A DNA stretch of 64,000 bases from an uncultured delta proteobacterium (lineage in GTDB: Bacteria; Desulfobacterota; Binatia; JACPRU01), in the NCBI GenBank assembly GCA_963745025.1, contig CAVUWD010000013.1, positions 420,557 through 484,556 of the forward strand. Reading direction: 5' to 3'. The translations under genes were made by a program, and so were the position numbers. Shown here in pieces: positions 19,351 to 29,969 of the stretch. The notes beneath the pieces were generated by a model. That model saw only the letters and a list, made by a program, of their open reading frames with translations, was not told the origin of the DNA and did no database searches. Position 1 is the stretch's first letter. Each line of letters begins with the position of its first letter.

Positions 19351-20115
19351 GTGAAACCCGTTTGTTTGGTGATCGGTGCCGGTGCGGGTATCGGTGGAAA
19401 TGTCGCTCGACGCTTCGCCCAAGAGGGTTATCACGCCTGTCTGTGTCGGCGCAGCGATTCGGAGGGACTGAATCGACTGGTGGACGCGATCAAGAGCGAC
19501 GGAGGTTCAGCAACGGGATTTCTCCTCAACGCCATCGAGGCAGACTCGATCGAAGGGCGAGTTGCCGCCATCGAGGCCGGCATCGGCCCGATCGAGGTCG
19601 TCGTCTACAACCTGGGCGCCCAGATTGGCGATAGGGCATTGAAGGACACGTCGCTCAAGGCTTTTGAGACAGGCTGGCGTCTGGGGACGTTTGGTCTCTT
19701 TCGCCTTGCGTCGGCCGTGTGCCCCCTGATGGAAGGGCGAGGCAAAGGAACAATCCTCGTGACTTCATCGACAGCGGCAATGCGCGGGAACGGCGGTCAA
19801 CATTCTCATGCGGCTGCCATGGGAGGACGACGAATGCTCTGCCAGACACTCAATGCGGAGTTTGCGTCGAAAGGAATCCACGTCGTACACATCGTGATCG
19901 ACGGCGCCGTGGATGCGCCCGACACCTTGGGGAAGATGCTGGGACCGGAAAGGTTCCAAGAGCTGAGAGAGACCCGAGGCAAAGAACATGACGGACTCAT
20001 GCTTCCCACGCACATCGCGGAGACCTACGTCCACCTCGCGAAACAACACCGATCCACGTGGACGCACGAGATCGACCTGCGGGCATTCTCCGATCGTGCA
20101 TGGTGGAATCACTGA
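19351..20115 (+). CDS. SDR-family oxidoreductase
   Basis: VIGAGAGIG, VYNLGA, GIHVVHIVIDG; GTG start with GAGGAG RBS. Confidence 0.9.
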   Translation: MKPVCLVIGAGAGIGGNVARRFAQEGYHACLCRRSDSEGLNRLVDAIKSDGGSATGFLLNAIEADSIEGRVAAIEAGIGPIEVVVYNLGAQIGDRALKDTSLKAFETGWRLGTFGLFRLASAVCPLMEGRGKGTILVTSSTAAMRGNGGQHSHAAAMGGRRMLCQTLNAEFASKGIHVVHIVIDGAVDAPDTLGKMLGPERFQELRETRGKEHDGLMLPTHIAETYVHLAKQHRSTWTHEIDLRAFSDRAWWNH

Positions 20116-20167
20116 GAACATTCGAAGACGAAGCGGCTGAAGAAGAAGCCGGGGGAGTGCACGAAAC

Positions 20168-20947
20168 ATGACTCAATCCGACGAACACGACACTCAAGCT
20201 TCACAAGACGTTGCACTCATCATCGGGGGCGGCCCCGGCATAAGCGCGAGCTGTGCCCGGCTGTTCGCGGAGAGCGGCATGCGTGTCGGCATCGCAGCCA
20301 GGAATCCGGACAAGCCGGTCCTGCAGAATCTGGAGAAGGCGCACGGTGTGCGCCGATACGCGTGCGATGCAAGCCAACCGGCGGCCGTGGAGTCGCTGTT
20401 CCAGAATGTTGTCCGAGACCTCGGGCCTCCTACGCTCGTCGTGCACAACATCGATGGCAGGATGCCGGACATCTTTCGCAAGGCGATTGCCGAGGCCGAC
20501 CCGGGCAATGCGCTCGACACGCTCCGGAACTCGGCGTTCAGCGCTTTTTTGGTAGGTCAGCAGGCAGCTCGGCTGATGCGTGAGAACAACCCCAACGCCA
20601 ACGGCACGAAAGGAACGATCATCTTCACGAACGCAAGCGCAGCGCTGAAAGGCTTCCCGTTGAGCGGTGCCTTTGCGATGGCATGCCATGCCAAGTCGGG
20701 ACTCGCACAGAGCATGGCAAGGGAGTTGATGCCGCAGGGTATCCACATAGCCAATGTGCCGATCGACGCCGCGATCGGCTGGAGACAGGACGACGGTACC
20801 CGCGCGCACAGACTCGCGGGAGTCGCCGTCGACGACAACATGGCCGACCCGGACTACATCGCGGAAACCTATCTGCAGCTGCATCGCCAGCATCGGTCCA
20901 CGTGGGCGTTCGAAGTCGTGCTACGACCGTGGGTCGAGAAATGGTGA
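20168..20947 (+). CDS. SDR-family oxidoreductase
   Basis: IIGGGPGIS, FTNASA, LAQSMARELMPQGIH. Confidence 0.9.
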   Translation: MTQSDEHDTQASQDVALIIGGGPGISASCARLFAESGMRVGIAARNPDKPVLQNLEKAHGVRRYACDASQPAAVESLFQNVVRDLGPPTLVVHNIDGRMPDIFRKAIAEADPGNALDTLRNSAFSAFLVGQQAARLMRENNPNANGTKGTIIFTNASAALKGFPLSGAFAMACHAKSGLAQSMARELMPQGIHIANVPIDAAIGWRQDDGTRAHRLAGVAVDDNMADPDYIAETYLQLHRQHRSTWAFEVVLRPWVEKW

Positions 20948-20992
20948 CTGGCGCTCGCTCGCGACCGCTATCTTGACCCAAGCGCGGGGCGG

Positions 20993-21486
20993 TCACACAC
21001 CGATCCTTTCCGAGGCGTTCTTGTGGCCCGACCATTTGGGCAGGTCATCATCGACGTCGACGACGCGCTGTCCATAGAAGATGTGGCAGGTCGGCCGGAA
21101 CGCTTCGGGGATCTCGCCCGCCGCGCCGAACTCGAACAGTGTCGGGAACGCGAGCCACATGCGGCGGCCTTCATCGGCGACCGGCGTGCCGCAAAGCGCG
21201 CAGCTCACCTTGCAAGGAGGCACGCGCCGGGCCGGTCGAGCATGCCGGCATAAAAGCGGAGATGCTCGATCCCGCGGATCATTCGGACATGGCGCTTGTG
21301 GAAGATCGCGGCCCATTGCATTGGCGCACCGTGTAATGCCTGGCAGGTCCGGCAGTGGCAGATCTTCGCATCTACCGGATCGGCGCCGACCTCGTAGGAG
21401 ACCGCGCCGCAATGGCAGCGCGCGCGGTAGCGCGCGACGAACGTATCGTCATCGACCGCGGCGTAGTCACGGCCGAGGTCGTTCAT
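20993..21486 (-). CDS. GFA-family (glutathione-dependent formaldehyde-activating/CENP-V) Zn protein, frameshift near 21225
   Basis: CHCGAV, CHCRTC, CALCGTP, PTCHIFY motifs across two frames. Confidence 0.85.
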
Positions 21487-21648
21487 CGGAACCACCAGGC
21501 TGTGGAGGCATGGCGTCGCCTGTGGGCCATGAGGAAACCTTGCGATGGGCCAGTGTCGACGACGGCATGCACACCCATCACCGGCCCAAAGCCGAGTCCG
21601 TGGTCCGGGTCAGCTCCTCGCCCACCTCGCGCAGATCGAACCGCCCTC

Positions 21649-21677
21649 TTGATTCGTTTGATGGTGATCGTCATGAT
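21649..21677 (+). promoter_or_regulatory. Sigma70 promoter with operator (regulon site 4)
   Basis: TTGATT-N17-CATGAT; ATGGTGATCGTCAT 21661-21674. Confidence 0.75.
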
Positions 21678-21759
21678 TGCCACCGATCGGTAACGCCCAG
21701 CTCACGATCGGCGTGCCGGTGTGGATCGCAACCAGTCTCTAATCACGGAGGATGTATTC

Positions 21760-22219
21760 ATGTCTGAAATCAGCCTCGACGACTACAAGGCAATGGTTGG
21801 TCAAGAGGTCGGCGTCTCTCGTTGGTTCGAGGTGTCGCAGGGGCGCATCGACACCTTTGCGGATGTCACGGAGGACCACCAGTTCATCCACGTGGACCCG
21901 GAGCGCGCCAATGTCACCCCGTTCGGCGGCACGGTCGCGCACGGCCTTCCTGACCATGTCTCTGCTTGCGCCAATGGCCTTCGACGCCCAGCCGAACGTC
22001 GCCGGAACGGTGATGTCCGTGAACTACGGCTTTGACCGTGTGCGCTTGATGGCGCCAGTTCGCGCGGGGAGCCGGATCCGCGGCCGCTTCGTGCTCAAGG
22101 AGGTGGTGGACCGCGGAGCAAACGAGATCATGGCCGAGACGCAGGTGACCGTAGAGATCGAGGGCGGCGACAAGCCGGCCTTGGTGGCGGATTGGCTCGG
22201 CCTGTCCCGTTTCGCCTGA
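21760..22219 (+). CDS. MaoC-family (R)-hydratase, frameshift near 21950
   Basis: FADVTEDHQFIHVDPERA..FGGTVAHG / FLTMSLL..NYGFDRVR. Confidence 0.9.
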
Positions 22220-22268
22220 TCGCTGTGCGCCACGCCGCGCCCCGGAGAGGCCCGAATGAACCCTTCGC

Positions 22269-22420
22269 GGCTCCCGGCTCCTGTCGTCCCACCACGGATG
22301 TGGCTTGCCGTTGCGCGACCAGTCGTCGGGCGTCATCGCCTTGCGACAGAGGTGACGGAGCCAGCCGCGCACTTCAGGCTTCAGACGGGAAGCACCGCCT
22401 GCCGTCACAACTTCCCTCAT
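22269..22420 (-). pseudogene. N-terminal remnant of a second Ldi-like gene
   Basis: GWLRHLCRKAMTPDDWSRNGKPHPWWDDRSREP vs GWLRYLHRKAHTPDDWDRDGRPHPHWDNRSDPP of the 11017 gene. Confidence 0.85.
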
Positions 22421-22428
22421 GCTGGTCG

Positions 22429-22827
22429 CTAGCCGGAAACCACCTTGAAAACGCCGCTGGCCCGGGCGCAGACGGAATCATCCGCCAAAACCAGCGCGGT
22501 CGCAAAGCAGAGCGACTTGCCGGCCCTGATCACCTCAGGGCGAATCTCGAGCCATTGCCCCACCTTCGCGAAGCCGACGAAATCTACAGAGAGACTGACG
22601 GTGACGAGGCCGGACGTATTTGCAACTTGCTCGCCGCAGCTTAGTCCCATTGCGTTGTCGGCGAGCGCGGTGATCAGCCCGCCATGGACGAACCCACGAC
22701 TGTTCGCATGCGCGGCGCTGGCCCTGATTGCCAAGCTCACGCCGTGGGTGGACCGCCGCGCGTAGATTGGCTCCCACGGCTCCGTGAGGCCGCTGCGGCG
22801 TGTATGGCGCTCGAAACCCTCCAGCAC
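22429..22827 (-). CDS. PaaI-family thioesterase (start uncertain)
   Basis: HANSRGFVHGGLITALADNAMG hotdog motif. Confidence 0.88.
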   Translation of the reverse strand: MLEGFERHTRRSGLTEPWEPIYARRSTHGVSLAIRASAAHANSRGFVHGGLITALADNAMGLSCGEQVANTSGLVTVSLSVDFVGFAKVGQWLEIRPEVIRAGKSLCFATALVLADDSVCARASGVFKVVSG

Positions 22828-22846
22828 GAGCCCTTCGGGCGCAGGA

Positions 22847-23864
22847 TTACTGATGGTACGCCTCCTTCATCTGCACGACGACCTTCCCCTTGGCTCGGCC
22901 TTTCTCGACATACGCAAGCGCTTCCTTCGCTTGATCGAATGGAAATACCTTGTCGATCACGGGCCGGATGCTCCCCGTCTTCGAGAAGCTCACCGATCTC
23001 GGCGAGTTGGCTACCGTCGGGATGCACGAACACGAATGAATACTCGACGCCTCGTTTCTTGGCGTGGCGATTCATCTTGAAGCTCAGCAACCACATCGCG
23101 AACACCATGACAAAGTTCATGCCTCTCGAGCGACCGAATGCAGCGTCGGGTGGCCCGATGAGCGAGACGACGATGCTCTTGGGCTTCAGAATGTGGAGCG
23201 ATTTCTCCAGCGAATCGCCTCTGAGGGTGCCGAGCACGGCATCGTAATCCCGCAGCACATCCTCAAATTCCTGCTTCTTGTAGTCGATCACCTCATCGGC
23301 TCCGAGGCTCCGCACCAGCGCCACGTTGCCCTCGCTGGTCGTCGTCGCCACCTTGGCTCCGAGATATTTGGCGAGTTGGATCGCGAACGTGCCGATGCCT
23401 CCGGCTCCTGCGGGGATGAACACCTTTTGGCCGGGCTTGAGGTGGGCACGCTCTTTCAGCGCTTGCCACGACGTGAGTCCGACCATCGGGATCGAGGCCG
23501 CTTGCACGAAGTCCAGATGCGCCGGCTTGAGCGCGGCGGCGTTCTCGGGCACGATCGCAAACTCAGCGAGAGCGCCCGTGCGCAGCTCGAAGATACTGGC
23601 GAAGACGGCATCGCCCGGCTTGAAGCGGGTGACGCGACTGCCCACCTCCACCACGACACCCGCCAAATCGCTGCCCAGCGTGGCCGGTAGCTGAGACCGG
23701 AGGATGGCCTTCATCTTTCCCGCCCGAATCATGTTGTCGATCGGGTTCAAGCCAGCGGCGTGGACCTGAACGAGAATTTCGTCCGGCTTGGGCACTGGGC
23801 GAGGAATGTCAGCGAACGCGACCTGATCCGGTCCGCCATAGCTTTTGAAGACGAGTGCTCTCAT
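22847..23864 (-). CDS. NADP-dependent quinone/enoyl reductase (MDR), frameshift near 22970
   Basis: AAGLNPID, LGSDLAG, PAGAGGIG; shifted frame gives IRPVIDKVFPF..GRAKGKVVV. Confidence 0.9.
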
Positions 23865-23874
23865 ATCGTGGGTC

Positions 23875-24456
23875 TCAGCCGGAGGCGCTGTCCTTCAGCC
23901 CATTGGCCGCCGTCTGGAGGATCCGTTGCGAGAGCGTTTCGTCCCCCGCTGCGCGCGCGAGGATGAGCGCGCCGACCATCGTCGAGAAGAGCCGAATCGC
24001 CGCGTCATAGCGGCGCGACGCCGTCCTCGCCGGAACCAGCCCGGCCAGGATCTCGAGACTCTCTTCGAGCCTCTTGGTGAATACGTCACGAATCTTCCTC
24101 GGCTGACGCGCCATGTCCGTGCCGAGCGCCGCGACCGCACACCCCGCACCGGGCGAATCCCGATGGCGCAGTGACAAGTAGCGGTCGATGATCCTCTCTA
24201 GGGCGTCGCTCTTGTCTTGGCCGCTCGCGTCGCGCGCCCAGAGATCGCGCGACTCGTCGAGTACGAGGCGCAAGGCCTCCGCGACGACCGCCTCCTTCGA
24301 GTCGAACTGGCTGTAGAAGGCGCCGTGCGTGAGGCCGGCCGCCTCGGTGATGGCGTCGACGCCCGCCCCGTCGATCCCCTGTTCACGGAAGAGCCGCGCC
24401 GCCGCGGTGAGGATCCGTCGTCGATTTTCGGCCGCCACCTGCTTGGTCACACGCAT
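23875..24456 (-). CDS. TetR/AcrR-family regulator, candidate master repressor
   Basis: ILTAAARLFREQG..AGLTHGAFYSQFDSK HTH; divergent from an operator-bearing promoter. Confidence 0.93.
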   Translation of the reverse strand: MRVTKQVAAENRRRILTAAARLFREQGIDGAGVDAITEAAGLTHGAFYSQFDSKEAVVAEALRLVLDESRDLWARDASGQDKSDALERIIDRYLSLRHRDSPGAGCAVAALGTDMARQPRKIRDVFTKRLEESLEILAGLVPARTASRRYDAAIRLFSTMVGALILARAAGDETLSQRILQTAANGLKDSASG

Positions 24457-24481
24457 CGAAGAAATTCCTCCTCAGGACCTC

Positions 24482-24536
24482 TTGACTCCATTGATAGTGG
24501 TCGTCATGATTGCCGGTGATTGGTAACGCTCGTCAT
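24482..24536 (+). promoter_or_regulatory. Sigma70 promoter with two operator copies (regulon site 5)
   Basis: TTGACT-N17-CATGAT; ATAGTGGTCGTCAT 24494; GTAACGCTCGTCAT 24523. Confidence 0.8.
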
Positions 24537-24600
24537 CAAAAACGAAGTTAGCCGCTGGCCGGGAAGATAGCAATCTCCCCGCGAGCAATCGGGAGGGTCC

Positions 24601-25194
24601 ATGCCGCAAGACGTCGATTTCTTCTTCGACTTCGTCAGCCCGTACACGTACCTCGCGCAAACGCAGTTGGCCGGTTTGAAAGAGCGAACGGGCGCTCGCT
24701 TCCGGCTCTGGCCGATGCACCTGTTGAATCTCATGAAGCAGGTCGGCAACGTCCCGACGACGGTGCTCTGCGCCAACAAGCTGAAATACGCGACCCAGGA
24801 CATCGGTCGCTGGGTGTCGCGCTACCGCGTGCCGTTTCAGATGAACCCACACGTCTTTAAGGGAGACCCGAGTCTCTCCCTGAGAGGAGCCCTGGTCGCC
24901 CAGAAGCAGGGCGCAGAGGACGCCTATAACCGCGCGATCTTCGGTGCCTTCTGGAGCGAAGGTCTCGACGTGAACGACCGAGCGCTCTTGGCGGGGCGAC
25001 TGGACGCGGCGGGCCTGGATGGGAAGGCGATTCTCAAGACCGCCGACGAGCCGGCGTATGGCGAGCAGCTCGAGAAGAACACGGCGCTCGCCGCCGAGCG
25101 CGGCGTCTTCGGCTCTCCGACGTTCATCGTCGGTGGCGATCTCTTCTTCGGCAACGACCGGCTCGGATTCCTCGAAGAGCGCCTGCGCCGCTAG
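24601..25194 (+). CDS. HCCA isomerase/GST-kappa, copy B
   Basis: Near-identical to 15299-15898. Confidence 0.9.
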   Translation: MPQDVDFFFDFVSPYTYLAQTQLAGLKERTGARFRLWPMHLLNLMKQVGNVPTTVLCANKLKYATQDIGRWVSRYRVPFQMNPHVFKGDPSLSLRGALVAQKQGAEDAYNRAIFGAFWSEGLDVNDRALLAGRLDAAGLDGKAILKTADEPAYGEQLEKNTALAAERGVFGSPTFIVGGDLFFGNDRLGFLEERLRR

Positions 25195-25222
25195 GTCCCA
25201 CGCTGCACGGAAAGGAGTAACG

Positions 25223-25933
25223 ATGAAGGAGAATCGTCCCGTCGCGTTGGTCACCGGCGTCGGCCCCGGCACCGGAGCAGCGATCGCCCGCCGTTTCGCC
25301 CGCGGCGGCTACTCGGTCGCGATGCTTGCCCGGAGCCGGGACAGACTGGACGCGTTGGAGCGCGAGATCGACCACTCGCGCGGCTATGTCTGCGACGTGA
25401 CCGACGAAGCGCAACTCGACGCCACGATCGAACAAGTCCGCGCGGATCTCGGGGCGCCGAAGGTCCTCGTCCACAACGCCGTGGGCGGCGCTTTCGCCAC
25501 GTTCCTCGAGGTGGACCCCGCGGTGCTGAATCAGAACTTCCAGGTCAACACGATGGCGCTTCTGTATCTGGCCCGGCGACTAGCGCCGGCGATGACCGAA
25601 GCGGGGGAAGGAGCCATCATCGTGACGGGGAACACGTCGGCGCTTCGCGGAAAGCCGAAGTTCGCAGGCTTTGCGCCGACCAAGGCGGCGCAACGGATCC
25701 TCGCCGAAGCGATCGCTCGCGAGGTCGGCCCGAAGGGCGTGCACGTCGCCTACGTGGTGATCGACGCCGTCATCGATCTCGAATGGACCCGGGCGATGTT
25801 TTCGAAGCCCGCGGGAGACCCGTTCTTCATCCAGCCGGCGGCGATCGCCGAGGAAGTGTGGCACGTCGCCCAGCAGGACCGGTCCGCGTGGTCGTTCAAC
25901 GTCGAGGTCCGGCCGTTCGCGGAGCCGTGGTGA
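25223..25933 (+). CDS. SDR-family oxidoreductase (intact copy)
   Basis: VTGVGPGTG, VHNAVG, FAPTKAAQRILAEAIAREVGPKGVH; AAGGAG RBS. Confidence 0.9.
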   Translation: MKENRPVALVTGVGPGTGAAIARRFARGGYSVAMLARSRDRLDALEREIDHSRGYVCDVTDEAQLDATIEQVRADLGAPKVLVHNAVGGAFATFLEVDPAVLNQNFQVNTMALLYLARRLAPAMTEAGEGAIIVTGNTSALRGKPKFAGFAPTKAAQRILAEAIAREVGPKGVHVAYVVIDAVIDLEWTRAMFSKPAGDPFFIQPAAIAEEVWHVAQQDRSAWSFNVEVRPFAEPW

Positions 25934-25940
25934 GAACGCC

Positions 25941-26744
25941 ATGACCGAGCTTCGTATCTTCTCGTACCTGCCGAACCCCCGGATCTGGAAGGCGACGATC
26001 GCCGCTCGCCTCTGCGGGGTCGAGATCGAAGTGCGCGGAGCGCCGCCGACGGAGCTCCAATCCTGGCTCTGGGATTTCGACGCGCGGCCGCTCTCGCCCG
26101 CCGACGAGTCCACGCCCGCGGGCGAGCAGATCGGGCGGACCGGCTTCAAGGGAGTGAAGCTGCGGAAGACGGCCGCCTTCCTCGAGGCCCATCCGTTCGG
26201 CACCGTTCCGGCCGCGTTCAGCCCGGACGGGACCGTCGGCATCTTCGAGTCGAACAGCATCATGCGCGCGGTCGCCCGGCTCGGCGAGGGGCGTTTCCCA
26301 ATCTACGGCAACGGCGCCTACGAGGCGTCGCGTGTGGACAGCTTCCTGGATGCGAGTCTGGTGTTCGCTCGCGATGCGCAAACGTACTTGCTGTCGCTGC
26401 TCGATGGCTCCGTATCCGCCGAGATCCACTCCCGGGCCAAGGAGGCGCTCGCGACCTATCTCGGCGGCATCAGTCGAGCCCTGCTTCCGGAGCGCCGCTT
26501 CCTGGTCGGCGAGGGGGTGACCCTGGCCGACATCTGCTTCGTCGCCGAGCTGGCGCTCTTCTCGAACGAGCGGGCGCGTAGGGAACCGCTCGAGCTAGCA
26601 GGCCTCTCGCCGGTTCTCGACGGCCTGAGGAACGACGCCGCATACGCGCAGGCCTTCGCGCATTTCGATCGTCTACGGCGGCATCCCGCATTCGCTCGCG
26701 ACGTCGAGCCTTACCTGGAGAAGATCGACCGAGCAGCGTCGTGA
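25941..26744 (+). CDS. Glutathione S-transferase-family protein (EF1B-gamma-like)
   Basis: HPFGTVPA..IFESNSIMRAVA; FLVGEGVTLADI. Confidence 0.85.
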   Translation: MTELRIFSYLPNPRIWKATIAARLCGVEIEVRGAPPTELQSWLWDFDARPLSPADESTPAGEQIGRTGFKGVKLRKTAAFLEAHPFGTVPAAFSPDGTVGIFESNSIMRAVARLGEGRFPIYGNGAYEASRVDSFLDASLVFARDAQTYLLSLLDGSVSAEIHSRAKEALATYLGGISRALLPERRFLVGEGVTLADICFVAELALFSNERARREPLELAGLSPVLDGLRNDAAYAQAFAHFDRLRRHPAFARDVEPYLEKIDRAAS

Positions 26745-26777
26745 GCGCCCACTGAGCACGAACGGAGGAAACGAGCC

Positions 26778-29112
26778 ATGCCCGAGCCGACCTGGAACCA
26801 GACCTTCTGCATCCTCTGTTACGTGAACTGCGGCCTCGAGGTCCAAACGGAGGGGCGAAAGATCACGCGCGTGCGCGGCGATCGCGCGAACGAGCGGTCG
26901 CAAGGATACCTCTGCCAGAAGCCGCAGCGTCTGCAGTGGTACGGTGACCACGCCGATCGTCTGACGACGCCGCTTCGCCGCCGCTCCGACGGCACGCACG
27001 AGCCGATCTCGTGGGACACGGCATTCGCCGAGATCGCCGCTCGCCTGAAGGCGATCCACGCCGAGCACGGCGGCGAGGCGTTCGCATTCTGGGGCGGCGG
27101 CGGTCAGGGCAACCACCTCGGCGGCCCTTATTTCCTGGCGCTCTACGGCCTGCTCGGCGCGACGAAGTACTTCAACGCGCTCTCGCAGGAAAAAACCGGC
27201 GACTTCTGGGTGAACGGGCGGCTCTTCGGTGACCAGCTCTGCCACACGGCGGAGGACGTCGAGCACACCGACTTGCTCGTCGTGCTCGGGTGCAATCCCT
27301 GGCTGTCGAACGGCTTCCAGGGGGCACGGGACGAGGTGAACAAGATCAAGAAGACGCCCGGCCGCCGCATGATCGTGATCGACCCGCGGCGCACGGAGGT
27401 CGCGGACATCGCCGACCTCCACCTGCCGCTTCGCCCCGGCACGGACGCCTACCTGCTGGCCGCGATCCTGGCGATCATCCTCAAGCGTGGCGGCGAGGCC
27501 GCCGAGTTCCTCTCCCGCCACACCGTCGGCTGGGACGACGTGCGCGCCGTGCTCGGGCGAACGCCGATCGAGGCGTGGGTGGCGCACGCCGACGTACCGC
27601 TCGCCGACGTCGAGCGGGCGGTCGACATGATCCTCGAAGCTCGGTCGATGGTCGTCCGGGTCGAGCTCGGCATCCAACAAAGCCGGCACTCGACGCTGAA
27701 CTCTTACCTCGAGAAGCTTCTCTACCTGGTGACCGGGAACTTCGGCCGGCCGGGAACGAACGGCATCCACACCTGGCTCCTGCCGCTCTATCGCAACTCG
27801 CAGGGCGAGCGCTCGAACGTGACGGGCCAGAAGATCATCGGCGGGCTCCTGCCGACGAATCGCTTCGCCGACGAGGTCCTGAGCGACGATCCGCGGCGCG
27901 TGCGCGCCCTCTGGGTGGAATCCAGCAACCCGGCGAACACGACCGCCGACACCCCCCGGTTCGAGGCCGCGGTTCGCGCGCTCGACCTCTCCGTCGTCGT
28001 GGACGTCGCGTACACGGAGACGGCTGAGCTCGCGGACTACGTGCTGCCGGCCGCGGCGCAGTACGAGAAGTGGGAGACGACGGTGTTCACGTTCGAGTGG
28101 CCGCGGAACTACTTCCATCTCCGCGCGCCGCTCTTCGAGCCCCTCCCGGGGACGCTCCCGGAGCCCGAGATCTACACCCGAGTGGTCCGCGCCATGGGCG
28201 TGCTTCCCGACGACGAGGTGCTCGCCGAGCTGCGCGCGCTGGCCGCCGAGAACCGCGGCAAGATGATGAAGCGCGCCGGCGAGATGTTCGCAGAGAATCC
28301 GAAGCTCGTGCCGCTCGCACCGGTGCTGCTCTACCTGACGCTCGGCCCGACGCTACCGGACGGTGCAGCCGCCGCGGCGCCGCTTTACGCAGGCTGCCAT
28401 GAGACGGCGATGAAGCACACGGTCGCGGTCCAGCGCGCTCTCGAGACGACCGCGGAGCCGCCGATCCTCGGCGAGATGCTCTTCGGGAAGCTGCTCGCCA
28501 GCCGCTCGGGCTTCGTCTTCACGGCGCACGAGTACGACGAGATCTTCCAGCTCGTGAAGCACCCCGACCGGCAAGATCCACCTCGCGGTGCCGGAGATGC
28601 TCGACTGGCTCGCGCGGCTCGACCCGGCCGCGGAGCAGCCCGATCCGGCGTACCCGTTCACGCTCGTCGCCGGGCAGCGCCGCATGCACAACGCGAACCA
28701 GATCTTCCGCACTCCGGCGTGGCGGAAGACCGACCCCGACGGCGCGCTGCGCATCCATCCCGACGACATCGCGGCGCTCGGCGGCCGCGACGGTGGCTGG
28801 ATGGCGGTGGCGACCCGGACGGGGCGCATCGTCTGTCGCGTCGAGAGCGATCCGTCCATGCGCCGCGGCCTCGTCGCCTTGCCGCACGGCTACGGTCAGT
28901 CGTATCCCGACGGCGCGGGCGGCCGCATCGTCGACGGCCCGCGTCTCAACCTGATCACGGCGCACGACGACTGCGACCCGATCGCCGCGACGCCTTACCA
29001 CAAGAACGTCGCCGTCCAGTTGGCTCCGGTCGTCGGCCCCGAAGCCGAGGCCGCCGAAGCGGCGTCGGCGCGGGTTCGCGCGGTCGCAACGGCGCAGGCG
29101 AGCGCGGCATGA
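26778..29112 (+). CDS. Molybdopterin (bis-PGD) oxidoreductase, second paralog, frameshift near 28570
   Basis: CILCYVNC...CQKP; IDPRRTE, RPGTD; C-terminal IHPDD..LPHGYG..TPYHK in the 28588 frame. Confidence 0.9.
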
Positions 29113-29157
29113 ATGAGTGCCTTTGACGGCGCGGCAACGAACTCAGGAGCGAACGCA

Positions 29158-29946
29158 ATGACGCTGGAACAGAAGACGCCGGAAGTGAGAATGACCGTCG
29201 ACGGTCACATCTGCGTGATCTCGCTCGATAACACCGCGAAGAAGAACGCGATCACTCCGGAGCTGATGTCCCAGCTGTCCGCACATCTGACAACCTTCCA
29301 AGACGACGACGATCTATGGGTCGCGGTCGTGGATCCGGCGGGCGAGCATACGACCGCTGGCCTGGACATGCCGAAGTTCTTCGGTCCGACCGCGACGGCG
29401 AAGCCGATCCCGAAGGATCAGGTCGACCCGTTCGCCCTCTACAGGCGCACCACCAAGCCGGTGATCTCCGTCGTGCACGGCATCACCTACACGATCGGCA
29501 TCGAGATGATGCTCGCGGGCGACATCGTCATCGCGGCCGACACCGCACGGTTCTGTCAACTCGAGTCGAAGCGCGGCATCGCGCCGTTGGGAGGCGCCCA
29601 CTTCCGCTACCTGACCCGCACCGGCTGGGGCAACGCGATGTACCATCTATTCCTCTGCGACGAGTTCGGCGCGCAGGAGGCGTTGCGCATCGGGTTCGTG
29701 CAAGAGGTCCATCCGTACGGCAAGCACCGCGAGCGCGCGATGGAGATCGCGCGAGGGATCTGCAAGTGCGCGCCCCTCGGGTTGCGCGCGACGAAGAAGG
29801 CGGCGCTGAAGTACCTCGAGCACGGTGAGCGGGCAGCCGTCGAGGCCATACCGTTCATCGAGAAGGCCGTCTTCGGCACCGAGGATTTCAAGGAAGGCCT
29901 TCAATCCTTCATCGAGCGGCGCGAAGCGCGCTTCCAGGGGCGCTGA
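29158..29946 (+). CDS. Crotonase/enoyl-CoA hydratase-family protein
   Basis: KKNAI, TAGLD, KPVISVVHG, ESKRGI, EDFKEGLQSFIERR. Confidence 0.92.
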   Translation: MTLEQKTPEVRMTVDGHICVISLDNTAKKNAITPELMSQLSAHLTTFQDDDDLWVAVVDPAGEHTTAGLDMPKFFGPTATAKPIPKDQVDPFALYRRTTKPVISVVHGITYTIGIEMMLAGDIVIAADTARFCQLESKRGIAPLGGAHFRYLTRTGWGNAMYHLFLCDEFGAQEALRIGFVQEVHPYGKHRERAMEIARGICKCAPLGLRATKKAALKYLEHGERAAVEAIPFIEKAVFGTEDFKEGLQSFIERREARFQGR

Positions 29947-29969
29947 AACCCCAAACGCGTGAGGTACCG

